From assembly GCA_028686985.1 (NCBI GenBank), contig JAQUBA010000004.1, positions 1 to 56,416 on the forward strand: a stretch of 56,416 bases of DNA, read 5' to 3'. The notes under the pieces were generated by a model that was not told where the DNA came from, did not search any database, and was given only the letters and a program-made list of their open reading frames with translations. Both the position numbers and the translations under genes were made by a program. Source of the stretch: Candidatus Iainarchaeum sp. Its GTDB lineage: Archaea; Micrarchaeota; Micrarchaeia; Anstonellales; Bilamarchaeaceae. Positions 27,680 through 37,126 of this stretch are shown here, piece by piece (position 1 is the first letter of the stretch; each line of letters begins with the position of its first letter).

Positions 27680-29745
27680 GGCACTGCGTACTGCTCATAA
27701 TGCTAGCTATTCTTGTTCCGGCAATCCTGGCACAGGAGGGCTACGTGGGGAGCACCCTGGCCGGGATAGAATCCGCGGGCCCGGAATCCAGCACGCTTGC
27801 GCAGGTCGCGGCGAACTGGAGGGTCCTGAGCATACTTGTGGTCATGCTCTCCGTGGGGCTGGTCGCAATCGCCTATGCCATAGCCAATGCATTCAGCCTT
27901 CCGGACCTGAAGGCATGGGCGGACGTGGAGAAGGGGGAGCTCTTCACCTCCGTGATAATAGTGATATCGCTGGTCGGGATACTCGTGTTTGTGGAAGGGG
28001 CGGGCATGGCCCTCGCGGAGGAATCGTCATTCAGGGGAATGTGCCGTGAGGCGTTCCTGGGAGGGGATTTCTGCCCAGCAGTGATAGCCAGGAGCTACCT
28101 TGACAGCTACGCGGGTGCCGCCGAAGACCTCTACAAGGATTTAAGCGTGAGGAAGATAGAGAAGGCCCAGGATGCGTACAGGGGCCACAGCATAACTTCC
28201 GTATTCCTCCTTTGGGAAATCCCGCTGTACCTGGGCACATCCTTCAGGGAGTGGGACGTGGGGTACAATACCTATGATGTGGAGATGTACGACCAGGAGC
28301 TCCAGATGCTCGGCACGATGCTTTCCACCATATACGCGCAGAGATACATAATAAATGCCCTTTCCCTGAGGATAGCGCCCCTCTGCCTCGTGCTGGGGAT
28401 AGTGCTGCGCTCCTTTTTCCTCACCCGCAAGCTCGGGGGGCTGCTGATGGCTTTCGGGGTGGGATTCCTCCTAGTGTTCCCTGCTTCCTATGCAATCGCA
28501 TACCTCACGCTGCAGAGCACGATATACGGGAACCCGACCGTAAATGCGGGGCCTGTGGTTGCGTGCCCGGAGGCGTGCACCCTGCCCCCAATCATCGCTG
28601 CGAAAACCGGAATCACAGCCACGGGGGGGGAGAGCGTGGGGCTGACTGCGAAAGAGCTGGAGGATGCGATAAGGGCCTCCACGGACTATGCGGAGGATCC
28701 GGCAGGGGTTGAGAGTTCGATAAGCGCACTGAAGAACGGAACCATCCCATCCTATTCCTATGATGACGGGGACGGGCATTATACCATAAGTTCCTGCATA
28801 ACCCCTGCACAGCTGGAGGCCTGCCCGATGCACTGCAGGCAGATCCCGTACCCGTTCCAGCTTCCCGAATGCCTGAAAGCGACATGCACCTCTCCTGTCC
28901 CGACCACCGGGCGCATAGCGCCGGCGTGCGTAAGGGTGATATACTTCAACGAAACTGTGAGGGACGACCCGCTCCTGCAAAAATACATTGAGGATTTTGA
29001 CATATGCCCGGAGAAGTGCAGGACAAAAATACCGAAGTGGGGCAGGATGTGGGACTACTATTATTCCCCTGGAATGGAAACCGCCGGCCGCCAGGTCAAT
29101 TTTGAGGTGTTTGAGGAGTGCCCGCCGCAGTGCAGGTGGATAAGCACCAGCAACGAGACCGACTCCGAATGCTCGGACCTGTGCAAGAATGTGCACAAGC
29201 AGGTTCTTGACTGGGGCTGCCACGGGGCAGACTGCTGCTCCCCTGCACATGGATTCAGCGGAGGATGGAGGGTTGAAGGCGATTACGAAGGATACGGCGA
29301 GTGGTGCGGGAAGGACTATTACCAGTTCCCGCTGGACCCGGAAGCGGAATGGGCGAAGGGCGATGACACGCCGGACGACCCGACGGATGACTTTTATGAG
29401 GGGACCACCTACATTATACCGGATGCCGCATTCACGGAGGATTGCGAGCCGTGCCTCTATGTGTTTGACAAGGGCCTTGCCTACAAGCCGCAGGTGATTT
29501 CGGACTGCGTAACCCTGTGCGGGGCGGCGCTTTCCACGGCCAGGACTTATGAGGACCCGGCTACAATGACCAACAAGATGGACGGGCTGGTGGGGCCGAC
29601 CGAGATGAAATCCGTCGCAAAGCTGATAATACCCGCATTCGTACTTCCTCTGTTCGGGCTTGCGGTAACGCTGATGTTCATACAGTCTTTGTCGCCGATG
29701 CTAGGCGGGGATATTGACATCCCGGGAATGATGAGGATGCTATGA
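27676..29745 (+). CDS. Paralog 3 (P3), with a ~340-aa Cys-rich ectodomain insertion
   Basis: I use the ATG at 27676 (ATGA overlap with P2; MRHCVLLIMLAILVPAILAQ) rather than the track start at 27502. Motifs VAIAYAIANAFSLPDLKAWADVEKGELF and LVLGIVLRSFFLTRKLGGLLMAFGVGFLLVFP. C-terminus LGGDIDIPGMMRML. The insert carries CPEAC, CPMHC, CPEKC and CPPQC. Confidence 0.75.
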   Translation: MRHCVLLIMLAILVPAILAQEGYVGSTLAGIESAGPESSTLAQVAANWRVLSILVVMLSVGLVAIAYAIANAFSLPDLKAWADVEKGELFTSVIIVISLVGILVFVEGAGMALAEESSFRGMCREAFLGGDFCPAVIARSYLDSYAGAAEDLYKDLSVRKIEKAQDAYRGHSITSVFLLWEIPLYLGTSFREWDVGYNTYDVEMYDQELQMLGTMLSTIYAQRYIINALSLRIAPLCLVLGIVLRSFFLTRKLGGLLMAFGVGFLLVFPASYAIAYLTLQSTIYGNPTVNAGPVVACPEACTLPPIIAAKTGITATGGESVGLTAKELEDAIRASTDYAEDPAGVESSISALKNGTIPSYSYDDGDGHYTISSCITPAQLEACPMHCRQIPYPFQLPECLKATCTSPVPTTGRIAPACVRVIYFNETVRDDPLLQKYIEDFDICPEKCRTKIPKWGRMWDYYYSPGMETAGRQVNFEVFEECPPQCRWISTSNETDSECSDLCKNVHKQVLDWGCHGADCCSPAHGFSGGWRVEGDYEGYGEWCGKDYYQFPLDPEAEWAKGDDTPDDPTDDFYEGTTYIIPDAAFTEDCEPCLYVFDKGLAYKPQVISDCVTLCGAALSTARTYEDPATMTNKMDGLVGPTEMKSVAKLIIPAFVLPLFGLAVTLMFIQSLSPMLGGDIDIPGMMRML

Positions 29746-30794
29746 TGAAGAAGTTCCTGCTGGCGCTCCTGCTCGTTTCCCTCTCGTTTGCGGCAGAGGC
29801 GGAAGCATGGCAGGTCTATTCCATAACCGCGGTGCTTGCGGCCTTTAGCGTGCTCGTGATATTCTACATGCTCACCTACGCCGTGGACAGCCCGCAGGCG
29901 AGGGGGATGGCGGTAAGCGAGATGTTCCAGGTGCTCGTTACGCTCGTGATAATCGCGGTCTTCGTCGGGGCCGAGGGATACAGCCGTGACGTGCTTGCGC
30001 CGGCATTCGGAGAGGATTTCGGGGCTCCGGAGGGCTATACCCACCTTGATTTTGCGGTGAACATAACCAAATCAATGATCAATTACCAGTGGGGCCAGAT
30101 AACCAAGCTGGACGGGCAGGTCGTGAGGCCGCTTGCGAACCTCGCAACGGTCACGGGCAACTGCGGCTTCCTGGGCTTCAGCTTCACCTTCAATGGCTGC
30201 GCGGGGATAGCCGTCCCGTCCGGCTCGATGGCGCTTGCGATGAGGGTGCTGGTCGCATGCATACTGAGCCTCAGTTCCCAGCTGGTGCTCCTCATGCTCG
30301 CGAACGACTTCTTCTTCCCGGTGCTCCTGCCCATGGGCCTGTTCCTCCGCTGCTTCCACGTCACGAGGGGGACGGGGGGCTTCCTCATCGCGGTTGCGGT
30401 CGCCTTCTATTTCGTGTATCCGCTAGGGGTGATAATAACCAAGGGGATGCTGGACCAGGCCGAGGCGGGGCTGGTGGCGGCCGCGGGGGCGGACAACTAC
30501 GACCCCGTGATACCGTCAATTGATGCGCCGAATGCCGACCTGATGAGCGTGGAATCATTGGAATGGATTGTGCCGGGGGACTGCGACCCCTTTGACATGA
30601 GCTATGAGCCCACAAAGACGATGATTGGGAAGGTCATGAATCCGGACCTCATGGACAGGATGATTTTCCATTTCTTCATAGGGGGATTGTTCACGAGTGC
30701 ATTGAACCTTCTGATAGCGCTTTCAAGCGTAAGGGAGCTGAGCAGGATATTCGGGACTGAGGTTGACGTCTCGGCTCTGGCGAGGGTGTCCTAG
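29742..30794 (+). CDS. Paralog 4 (P4)
   Basis: 350 aa. ATGA overlap with P3. Signal peptide MMKKFLLALLLVSLSFAAEA. Motifs LLPMGLFLRCFHVTRGTGGFLIAVAVAFYFVYP and C-terminus RELSRIFGTEVDVSALARVS. Confidence 0.75.
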   Translation: MMKKFLLALLLVSLSFAAEAEAWQVYSITAVLAAFSVLVIFYMLTYAVDSPQARGMAVSEMFQVLVTLVIIAVFVGAEGYSRDVLAPAFGEDFGAPEGYTHLDFAVNITKSMINYQWGQITKLDGQVVRPLANLATVTGNCGFLGFSFTFNGCAGIAVPSGSMALAMRVLVACILSLSSQLVLLMLANDFFFPVLLPMGLFLRCFHVTRGTGGFLIAVAVAFYFVYPLGVIITKGMLDQAEAGLVAAAGADNYDPVIPSIDAPNADLMSVESLEWIVPGDCDPFDMSYEPTKTMIGKVMNPDLMDRMIFHFFIGGLFTSALNLLIALSSVRELSRIFGTEVDVSALARVS

Positions 30795-30802
30795 GTGTTC
30801 TG

Positions 30803-31873
30803 ATGGCGATTGAGCTTGCGGCGATGTACCCGCTTTCCGTTTTTGCGCTGGGCATCACCATGATTGTAATCGGGCTGGCGTATGCGCTCTCCCAGCTGCT
30901 GCAGAACCCCGCGTTCCTTGTCTGGTGCAAGACGGAATTTTTTGAGGTGTTCGTTTCGCTTGGGATAGTGCTGGTGACGCTGTTCATGATTGGGTTCATA
31001 ACCAACGACGTGAAATACGGGGCGTTCGTGTCCCTGCTCCCGTCCGGCATTGCGGCCCCTTCGTATTCAAATCCGGAGATAGGGGACGGCGACACTGTGT
31101 TCAATGCATCCTCAAAATACCTCACAAACGTCGCATACTTCGTGCACACGAGCATGGAGGGCTCCAGGGCGGCGTACGGCGCGCTGGAGGTGCACATGAG
31201 GTACAGGAGGATGCCATGCCTCCCGGGGATATTGATGTGCATATTCGGCCCCAGCGGATTCAATTTCGCGCCGGAGAGCGGGGGGGGCGCATGGATACAG
31301 GCCATGAACATGACCATGTATACGGACACTGCGGCATACATCACCGTGCTGGTGCAGCTCGCATTCCTCTCCTTCATCCAAAGCGGCGGGTTCCTGCTCT
31401 TCCTCCCTCTTGCGATAGTGTTCCGCTCGCTCCCGTTCATGCGGCAACTTGGAGGGGGGCTGATGGCGATGTGCATCGCATTGTTCATAATCTACCCGTC
31501 GCTGCTGTTCCTGGAGTCGTTCTTCTGGGACCCCTCCGCGATGGTTGGCGCTTCGGAGATTGAGTCGGTGGAAAGCGCGATAAGCGGGATGGCGGGGGCA
31601 GGGGGGGCCGGGGTCGGGATGTTCAGCAACAGCCTTCCGGATGATTTGGACGGGAATGTGTGGAACGAAGGCACATCCCTGAACGACTTTGTCGGGTACA
31701 GGGAGGTTGTGGACAATGCCGTCAGGCCGCTGCTGAAAATAGCCGCGGTCTCGTTCCTGAGCTCCACGTTCCTCTTTGCGCTGAACATAATCGCGGTTTC
31801 CGCATCCGCCAGGGAGTTGGGAAGGCTTTTCGGGCAGGAAGTTGACCTGAGCAGGCTCATGCACATAGTGTAG
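30803..31873 (+). CDS. Paralog 5 (P5)
   Basis: 356 aa. AGGTG Shine-Dalgarno-like sequence in the 8-nt gap. Motifs IGLAYALSQLLQNPAFLVWCKTEFFEVF and FLPLAIVFRSLPFMRQLGGGLMAMCIALFIIYP. C-terminus RELGRLFGQEVDLSRLMHIV. Confidence 0.75.
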   Translation: MAIELAAMYPLSVFALGITMIVIGLAYALSQLLQNPAFLVWCKTEFFEVFVSLGIVLVTLFMIGFITNDVKYGAFVSLLPSGIAAPSYSNPEIGDGDTVFNASSKYLTNVAYFVHTSMEGSRAAYGALEVHMRYRRMPCLPGILMCIFGPSGFNFAPESGGGAWIQAMNMTMYTDTAAYITVLVQLAFLSFIQSGGFLLFLPLAIVFRSLPFMRQLGGGLMAMCIALFIIYPSLLFLESFFWDPSAMVGASEIESVESAISGMAGAGGAGVGMFSNSLPDDLDGNVWNEGTSLNDFVGYREVVDNAVRPLLKIAAVSFLSSTFLFALNIIAVSASARELGRLFGQEVDLSRLMHIV

Positions 31874-31878
31874 GTGAT

Positions 31879-32919
31879 ATGGTGGCTGGTGAAGAAGGGG
31901 GGCTTTTTGACGTATCCAGCCTCCTGAACACGCCGTTCCTTTACGGATGGGGGGACGGGGGCTGGTGGTTTGTGAATTGCGTCCTTGCAATACTCATTAC
32001 CGGCCTGATAATGGGCATGTTCTACGCGATAGGCTATGCGATAAACTCTGCGAACCTGAAAAGGTATTCCATGTCCGAGTTCCTCCAGCTTGCGGCAACC
32101 GCGGTGCTGGTGATTGGGCTGGTGGGGATGCTGAGCATGGGGAGCACGGTGCTCGGGACGATGTTCGGGGGGACGATCCAGTGCAAGGGGAGCCCGATAA
32201 GCAACCACATTGATGCGGCAATGTGCAGGACCACGGAGAAGCTGGGGTATTTCAATGCGGCATACGAGCAGATAAAGGAGGACAATGCGGGGCTGGAATG
32301 GCTTTATTACTGGCAGATGACGCTGCTCGGGGTGCCTTTCTTCCAGGGGATGTGGATAGACGACGTTTACAAGCCGGTGGAAACCGGCCATTACATAGCG
32401 ATGAAGATAGTGTCCGTAATGCTGTCGCTGAACGCGCAGTATTTCCTGCTCAAGTACATAAAGGCGAACATGCTCGCCACCTTCCTTCCCCTGGGCATAA
32501 TACTCCGCACGCTGCACTTCACGCGGGGCATAGGCGGATTCTTCATCGCCCTGGCGGTAAGCCTGTATTTTGTGTATCCCGGGGCGCTTTTCCTCATGGA
32601 TGCGACCTACGCCCCGCCCAGCGACGTGCCGACCCCGGATTACACGAGGGAAGGGGTATGCGACCTGCCGATGTTCAGCGGGTTTTCCATAGGCGCAATC
32701 CAGCCGGCTTCGGATGCGGGAAGGGGGGCTATGAACAGTGCGGCCCGCGCGGCCATCAGCACCGGCAATATGGCCAACTTCGTGACTCGTGTATTCGTAG
32801 GGCTTTTCTTTGACAACATGGTGGCTTTTGCGATGGCGCTCACTGTGATGAGGTACGCAACCAGCCTCCTTGGCGGGGAAGCAGGGGTATTCCTGCAGAT
32901 GATGGCAAGGTGGGTATGA
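31879..32919 (+). CDS. Paralog 6 (P6)
   Basis: 346 aa. AGGTGA in the 5-nt gap. Motifs MFYAIGYAINSANLKRYSMSEFLQL and FLPLGIILRTLHFTRGIGGFFIALAVSLYFVYP. C-terminus LLGGEAGVFLQMMARWV. Confidence 0.75.
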   Translation: MVAGEEGGLFDVSSLLNTPFLYGWGDGGWWFVNCVLAILITGLIMGMFYAIGYAINSANLKRYSMSEFLQLAATAVLVIGLVGMLSMGSTVLGTMFGGTIQCKGSPISNHIDAAMCRTTEKLGYFNAAYEQIKEDNAGLEWLYYWQMTLLGVPFFQGMWIDDVYKPVETGHYIAMKIVSVMLSLNAQYFLLKYIKANMLATFLPLGIILRTLHFTRGIGGFFIALAVSLYFVYPGALFLMDATYAPPSDVPTPDYTREGVCDLPMFSGFSIGAIQPASDAGRGAMNSAARAAISTGNMANFVTRVFVGLFFDNMVAFAMALTVMRYATSLLGGEAGVFLQMMARWV

Positions 32920-35900
32920 TGGACAGGGACATATTGGTCGTTTTGGCGCTTCTCTTCGTTTTTGCAGGATGCACGATGCCCGAATACCGCCAGTGCTGCC
33001 TTTACGCGAATGCCGAGGCGGGGCAGTGCGTGCTCAAGAATGCGACCGCCTACGACACCAACTCGTGCGACATGGAGAACCTCACCTGCAACGTGACGCA
33101 GGGCGACAGGGAGATGACATTCCCCATCTGCCCGAGAGTGGAGGAGGTGGAGTGCAATGTTTCGTGCGCTGGGATGTTCTGCGCAAAATACGAATACGAC
33201 CCAAGGCCGCCCGCCTCGCCCGATTTCATGATTGAGGCGATACAGACCGAGGAGATGAGCAGGGAGGCCGGCATCGGGCTCGGGGAGGACACGGCAAAGG
33301 GCCTCTACGGCACGGAATGCAGGATAGAGAACATCACCCCGACGTTCCTTAACCTCATGAGGAACGTGCAGGGCGGCGTGCGCCTGAACATATTCAGGTT
33401 CGGGGTGGGGGGCTCCTTTGAGGAATTTGACGAGGCATACATGTACTACCCGCTCACCGACTACGCATGCGAAAACAACCAGTTCGGGCATGTGGACCGG
33501 TATGTGAACTACATGATACCGAATTTGATGGGCGGCGGGGAACTGTGCAGCGTGGGGGGCGTGCTCACCCCCACCGGGGAGATACCGCAGTATTTCTGCA
33601 ACGTGGATGATTCCATCCGCACCTTCACCTACCAGGACTGCGCGACAAGGTGCGCGCTGAAGGCATACGGGGATGCCCCGGTGGTCCAGCCCAACAACGC
33701 CTACCCCACGGAAAGGAACGGGATGGAGAGCGGGAACCCGTTTGCATACGGGGTTTCGCCAAGCATGCACGGTAGCGACCCTTTCAGGGACCTGCAATAC
33801 AAATCGTCCATAGATGTCCCGCCGGCGTTTGACGACGAGTATCCTGCGGGGTACACATACTACGGAAGCGAATTCGCGAACAACAGGTACCTGAGCAACG
33901 AGAATGGCGGCTGGGAGAGCATCATGCTTGAGCGCGGCCCCCTCTCCGTGGATGTGACCACCGGCTTCATGGATTACTATTATGGGGAGGAAACGGACCA
34001 GATAACTGTGGAGGGCGGCAACCTAGTGGAGGAGATGACCACAGCCGAAAGGGACCCGCACATGCTGTATTCGTACCTGCTCTCCCGCCATTCCGTCTAT
34101 TCAAAGCAGTTCAAGGAAGGGCATTACACCCCGGAGGGGGAATGGAGCCCGGGCGCGGAATTTGAGTGCACGCTTGAAGGCGGGGAGTGCGTCTCGGGGT
34201 TCTGCAATACATTTGATTATACCAGGGGCGCATGCGAGAAGCTTGACTTTGAAACCGGCGAAACGGAGGAGGTGCCCTGCGACTGCTGGGAGGAATACGG
34301 GGACATAGTGTGCGCCGGGCAGAAATATTATGGAACGGATGCGTGGGACAACGGGGAGGACATAACCGCGGCCAAGCCGCTGGGGACGCTCGTGGAGTGG
34401 GATGAGAGCTTCCTTGGGTTTAGTATCGGGTGGTACAGGAGCTTCCCTTCCACTGGGAAGATGTTCAGCTACGACCCTGGCGGGGTATTCCTGGACGAGC
34501 CGGAGGGGGAAGAGGTGCAGGACCTAGTGATATTGCTTGGGGGCAGGGAGGACCCGGACTACCAGCTATTTGAATATTCGGACGAGCTGGATGACATGAA
34601 TGAGACGCTCACCATCCCGCAGGTGCTCTCCAGGGCGAAGTGGAGCGGGTGCGGCGCGTATTCCGATTGCGGAAAGTTCTACACGACCTTTGTGGACGCG
34701 TGCATGCCGGATTTACCGGACCCGGCATACTCCGAATCCAATTTCATGGTCTGCTACAGCAGGAAAACGAACGGGCACTACGGGCAGGGGATAGACCGGG
34801 CAACCGGGGAGGTCTACGACCTGCCCAGCCCGTCCATCTGCGAGGCGCTTTATGATGCAGACCAGGATGGACACAGCAAAAATGATTACGGGGGCGTGGA
34901 CAAGAACAGCGACACCGACCATGACGTGTATTGCTATGCGAGGGAGTCCGACGGGACGTGCGTCGGGTATGCGAGGGCGGCGCTGGTCCTCACGGCCCGC
35001 GAAATAACCTATACAAACGCGGACGGGGAGGAGGTGATAGGCAAGGCATTCGGGAACTGCATACTGGAGGAGGACAAGCTCAAGGTGGTGACGCCCGGCT
35101 ATTGCGAGCATTGCAGCTTCCTCACCATGGCGAAGGAGAATGTGGTAGAACTACCGGAAGATGATGAAGACCCGGGATACCAGAGGGCAGGCAGCGGGAA
35201 GCTCAACACGAACAAGTACTGCCCCTCCCTTGAGATAAGCACCATATACAATAATGAGCCGTCCGCCATCGTGCTTGCGCCCGGCACCGCGAAAGCAGAT
35301 TGGGAATCCGGGGGGACGCATAGCTCGGGAGGGGATGAGGGGAACCCCTACAGGTACAGCGAATGCACGATGCCTGACGGGACCGAAGCCGGAAAAAAGG
35401 CGGCATGGCCGGATTACCTCCCGAACGCATATTACCTGAAGAAAAAAATAGACGGATACCTGCAGAGGAACGTGATGCCGGTCATATTCGCGGATGACGA
35501 TGGGCTCTACCGGGGACTATACCCCGGAACGGACGACCCCGCCCTTTTTGTGGAAACGGACGGGGATTCCGCCTCAAGCCCCCTGCTGAAGAAGCTGTAT
35601 GACGAGAACCCGCTCGGCTTCGCGGAAAACGCGGACGAGGGCGGGGACGAGTACACGACACAGGGGACCTTCCTTGCGGATTCCGTGATGAACCTCGGCG
35701 CCGGGATAATCGTGGTGAGGAACTTCAATTCAGACGACATGGAAGCCGCCGGGGGCTCGCCCATCATAATCACAGAAACCGGGGAAGCCAGGTCGCTCAG
35801 GAAGATAGATTACACGCTTTACGCCCGCGAGAGGGCGGTCCGGCTCATGTGCCCGAACTGCATGGTCGCGGTCGGGATAGGCTATGGTGAAGAGGGCTCC

Positions 35901-37118
35901 GGCATACCCTCAAGGGTGGTCCAGCTCGCCGAATTGTTTGATTACCGGGATTCCGGCGGCAGGCTCCTCTCGGAATACGATGACTACGGGGCGAACGCCT
36001 CGTGCTTTGAAGGGGGGGCGGGCTGCAGCCAGGACACGCTGCAGAGGGTGGACATACTCGCCGTGAAGTGGGAACTGGGGAGGCACAATTCATATTGCGA
36101 CGAAATAGAGAATGAGAGCGACAGGTTTGAGGCCATCCTCGCGGATGAGGTGGATTTCGGGGCAAAGACGCTCAAGAGGTTTGGGAAGCCGGTCGTGGTT
36201 ACGGATTTCTCCATAACGCGCAACCAGGTGGGGAGCTGCTGGGATGATGAAAGCGCAAAGAGGTTCATGATTTACCTTGCCGAGCATACGCAGGAGCTGG
36301 TGAAGAGCGGGCACATAGGGCTGATATACGGGAACTGGACCTACGGCCACTCCGGGGAAGCGGGCACGAGGTACATAAGGACGAAGGAGGGCAACGTTGG
36401 GGAATACAGGGGGCCGTTCTTTGAAGGCACTTTCCAGGCGGCGCGCATTTTCGCAGGCAAGAATGAGCAGACCATAGTGAACCAGATAGGCGTTTCGGAA
36501 GAATGCGCGTGCGTCGCCTGCACCTCCAGCGACGATGCATCGCTGTGCAACGGAAAGTTCGGGGGGGTGGGGGAATACTGCAGCGGGTATTTGCCGGGCA
36601 TTTCCATGAAATGGCCGGAATCGTGCGTCTCCCCGGATGTTTGTGTGAGCAACGAAGACCTCCCGATGTACAGGATTGAGTGCAACGTTTATCACAACGA
36701 CGGGAGCAGCGAAAGGGTTGTTTATGACGGCGCGGACATCGCCCCGAACCCGCGGCTCTATGCGGCGGAAATCGCATCCATAAAGAAATCCGGGAATGTG
36801 CCGTGCATCCCGATGGGCGTGCAGAACGGAAGCTTCGCCACAATGGAGGTCGGTGGCTCGCAGCCATATCCCATCCTGTTCAGGAAGGACGGAAACCTGA
36901 GCATATCCTGCGGGGGGGTGGCGGAGGAGGGTTTCTTCAGCGCATGCGGCCTGGAGTCGCCGTTCGTAAACCGCAGGATGGACTGCGTGATGGCGAAGAA
37001 GGATGTGTCCATAACGCTTCCGCCGCTGGGGGTCCCGCTTGTCACGGGCGGGGCGGCCATTCCGCTGGCGCCTGGGGTTGAAGTGCCGGACATGCCCGCC
37101 GGCCCGTTCGGTGGATAG
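32916..37118 (+). CDS. Giant (~1400 aa) Cys-rich extracytoplasmic protein with a lipobox-like signal
   Basis: I use the ATG at 32916 (ATGA overlap with P6). N-terminus MMDRDILVVLALLFVFAGC (L-x-x-C lipobox-like). About 50 Cys by my hand count. Many N-x-S/T sequons (NAT, NLT, NVT, NVS, NIT, NET...). No further TM helix seen. No family recognised. Confidence 0.7.
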   Translation: MMDRDILVVLALLFVFAGCTMPEYRQCCLYANAEAGQCVLKNATAYDTNSCDMENLTCNVTQGDREMTFPICPRVEEVECNVSCAGMFCAKYEYDPRPPASPDFMIEAIQTEEMSREAGIGLGEDTAKGLYGTECRIENITPTFLNLMRNVQGGVRLNIFRFGVGGSFEEFDEAYMYYPLTDYACENNQFGHVDRYVNYMIPNLMGGGELCSVGGVLTPTGEIPQYFCNVDDSIRTFTYQDCATRCALKAYGDAPVVQPNNAYPTERNGMESGNPFAYGVSPSMHGSDPFRDLQYKSSIDVPPAFDDEYPAGYTYYGSEFANNRYLSNENGGWESIMLERGPLSVDVTTGFMDYYYGEETDQITVEGGNLVEEMTTAERDPHMLYSYLLSRHSVYSKQFKEGHYTPEGEWSPGAEFECTLEGGECVSGFCNTFDYTRGACEKLDFETGETEEVPCDCWEEYGDIVCAGQKYYGTDAWDNGEDITAAKPLGTLVEWDESFLGFSIGWYRSFPSTGKMFSYDPGGVFLDEPEGEEVQDLVILLGGREDPDYQLFEYSDELDDMNETLTIPQVLSRAKWSGCGAYSDCGKFYTTFVDACMPDLPDPAYSESNFMVCYSRKTNGHYGQGIDRATGEVYDLPSPSICEALYDADQDGHSKNDYGGVDKNSDTDHDVYCYARESDGTCVGYARAALVLTAREITYTNADGEEVIGKAFGNCILEEDKLKVVTPGYCEHCSFLTMAKENVVELPEDDEDPGYQRAGSGKLNTNKYCPSLEISTIYNNEPSAIVLAPGTAKADWESGGTHSSGGDEGNPYRYSECTMPDGTEAGKKAAWPDYLPNAYYLKKKIDGYLQRNVMPVIFADDDGLYRGLYPGTDDPALFVETDGDSASSPLLKKLYDENPLGFAENADEGGDEYTTQGTFLADSVMNLGAGIIVVRNFNSDDMEAAGGSPIIITETGEARSLRKIDYTLYARERAVRLMCPNCMVAVGIGYGEEGSGIPSRVVQLAELFDYRDSGGRLLSEYDDYGANASCFEGGAGCSQDTLQRVDILAVKWELGRHNSYCDEIENESDRFEAILADEVDFGAKTLKRFGKPVVVTDFSITRNQVGSCWDDESAKRFMIYLAEHTQELVKSGHIGLIYGNWTYGHSGEAGTRYIRTKEGNVGEYRGPFFEGTFQAARIFAGKNEQTIVNQIGVSEECACVACTSSDDASLCNGKFGGVGEYCSGYLPGISMKWPESCVSPDVCVSNEDLPMYRIECNVYHNDGSSERVVYDGADIAPNPRLYAAEIASIKKSGNVPCIPMGVQNGSFATMEVGGSQPYPILFRKDGNLSISCGGVAEEGFFSACGLESPFVNRRMDCVMAKKDVSITLPPLGVPLVTGGAAIPLAPGVEVPDMPAGPFGG

Positions 37119-37126
37119 GGGTTTAA

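Noticed and set aside
25101-32919. A type IV pilus, archaellum or Tad-like locus.
   Set aside because: The N-termini are ordinary signal peptides or plain TM helices, not class III (prepilin) signals. There is no PilB/FlaI ATPase, no PilC/FlaJ-like platform that I recognise and no prepilin peptidase.
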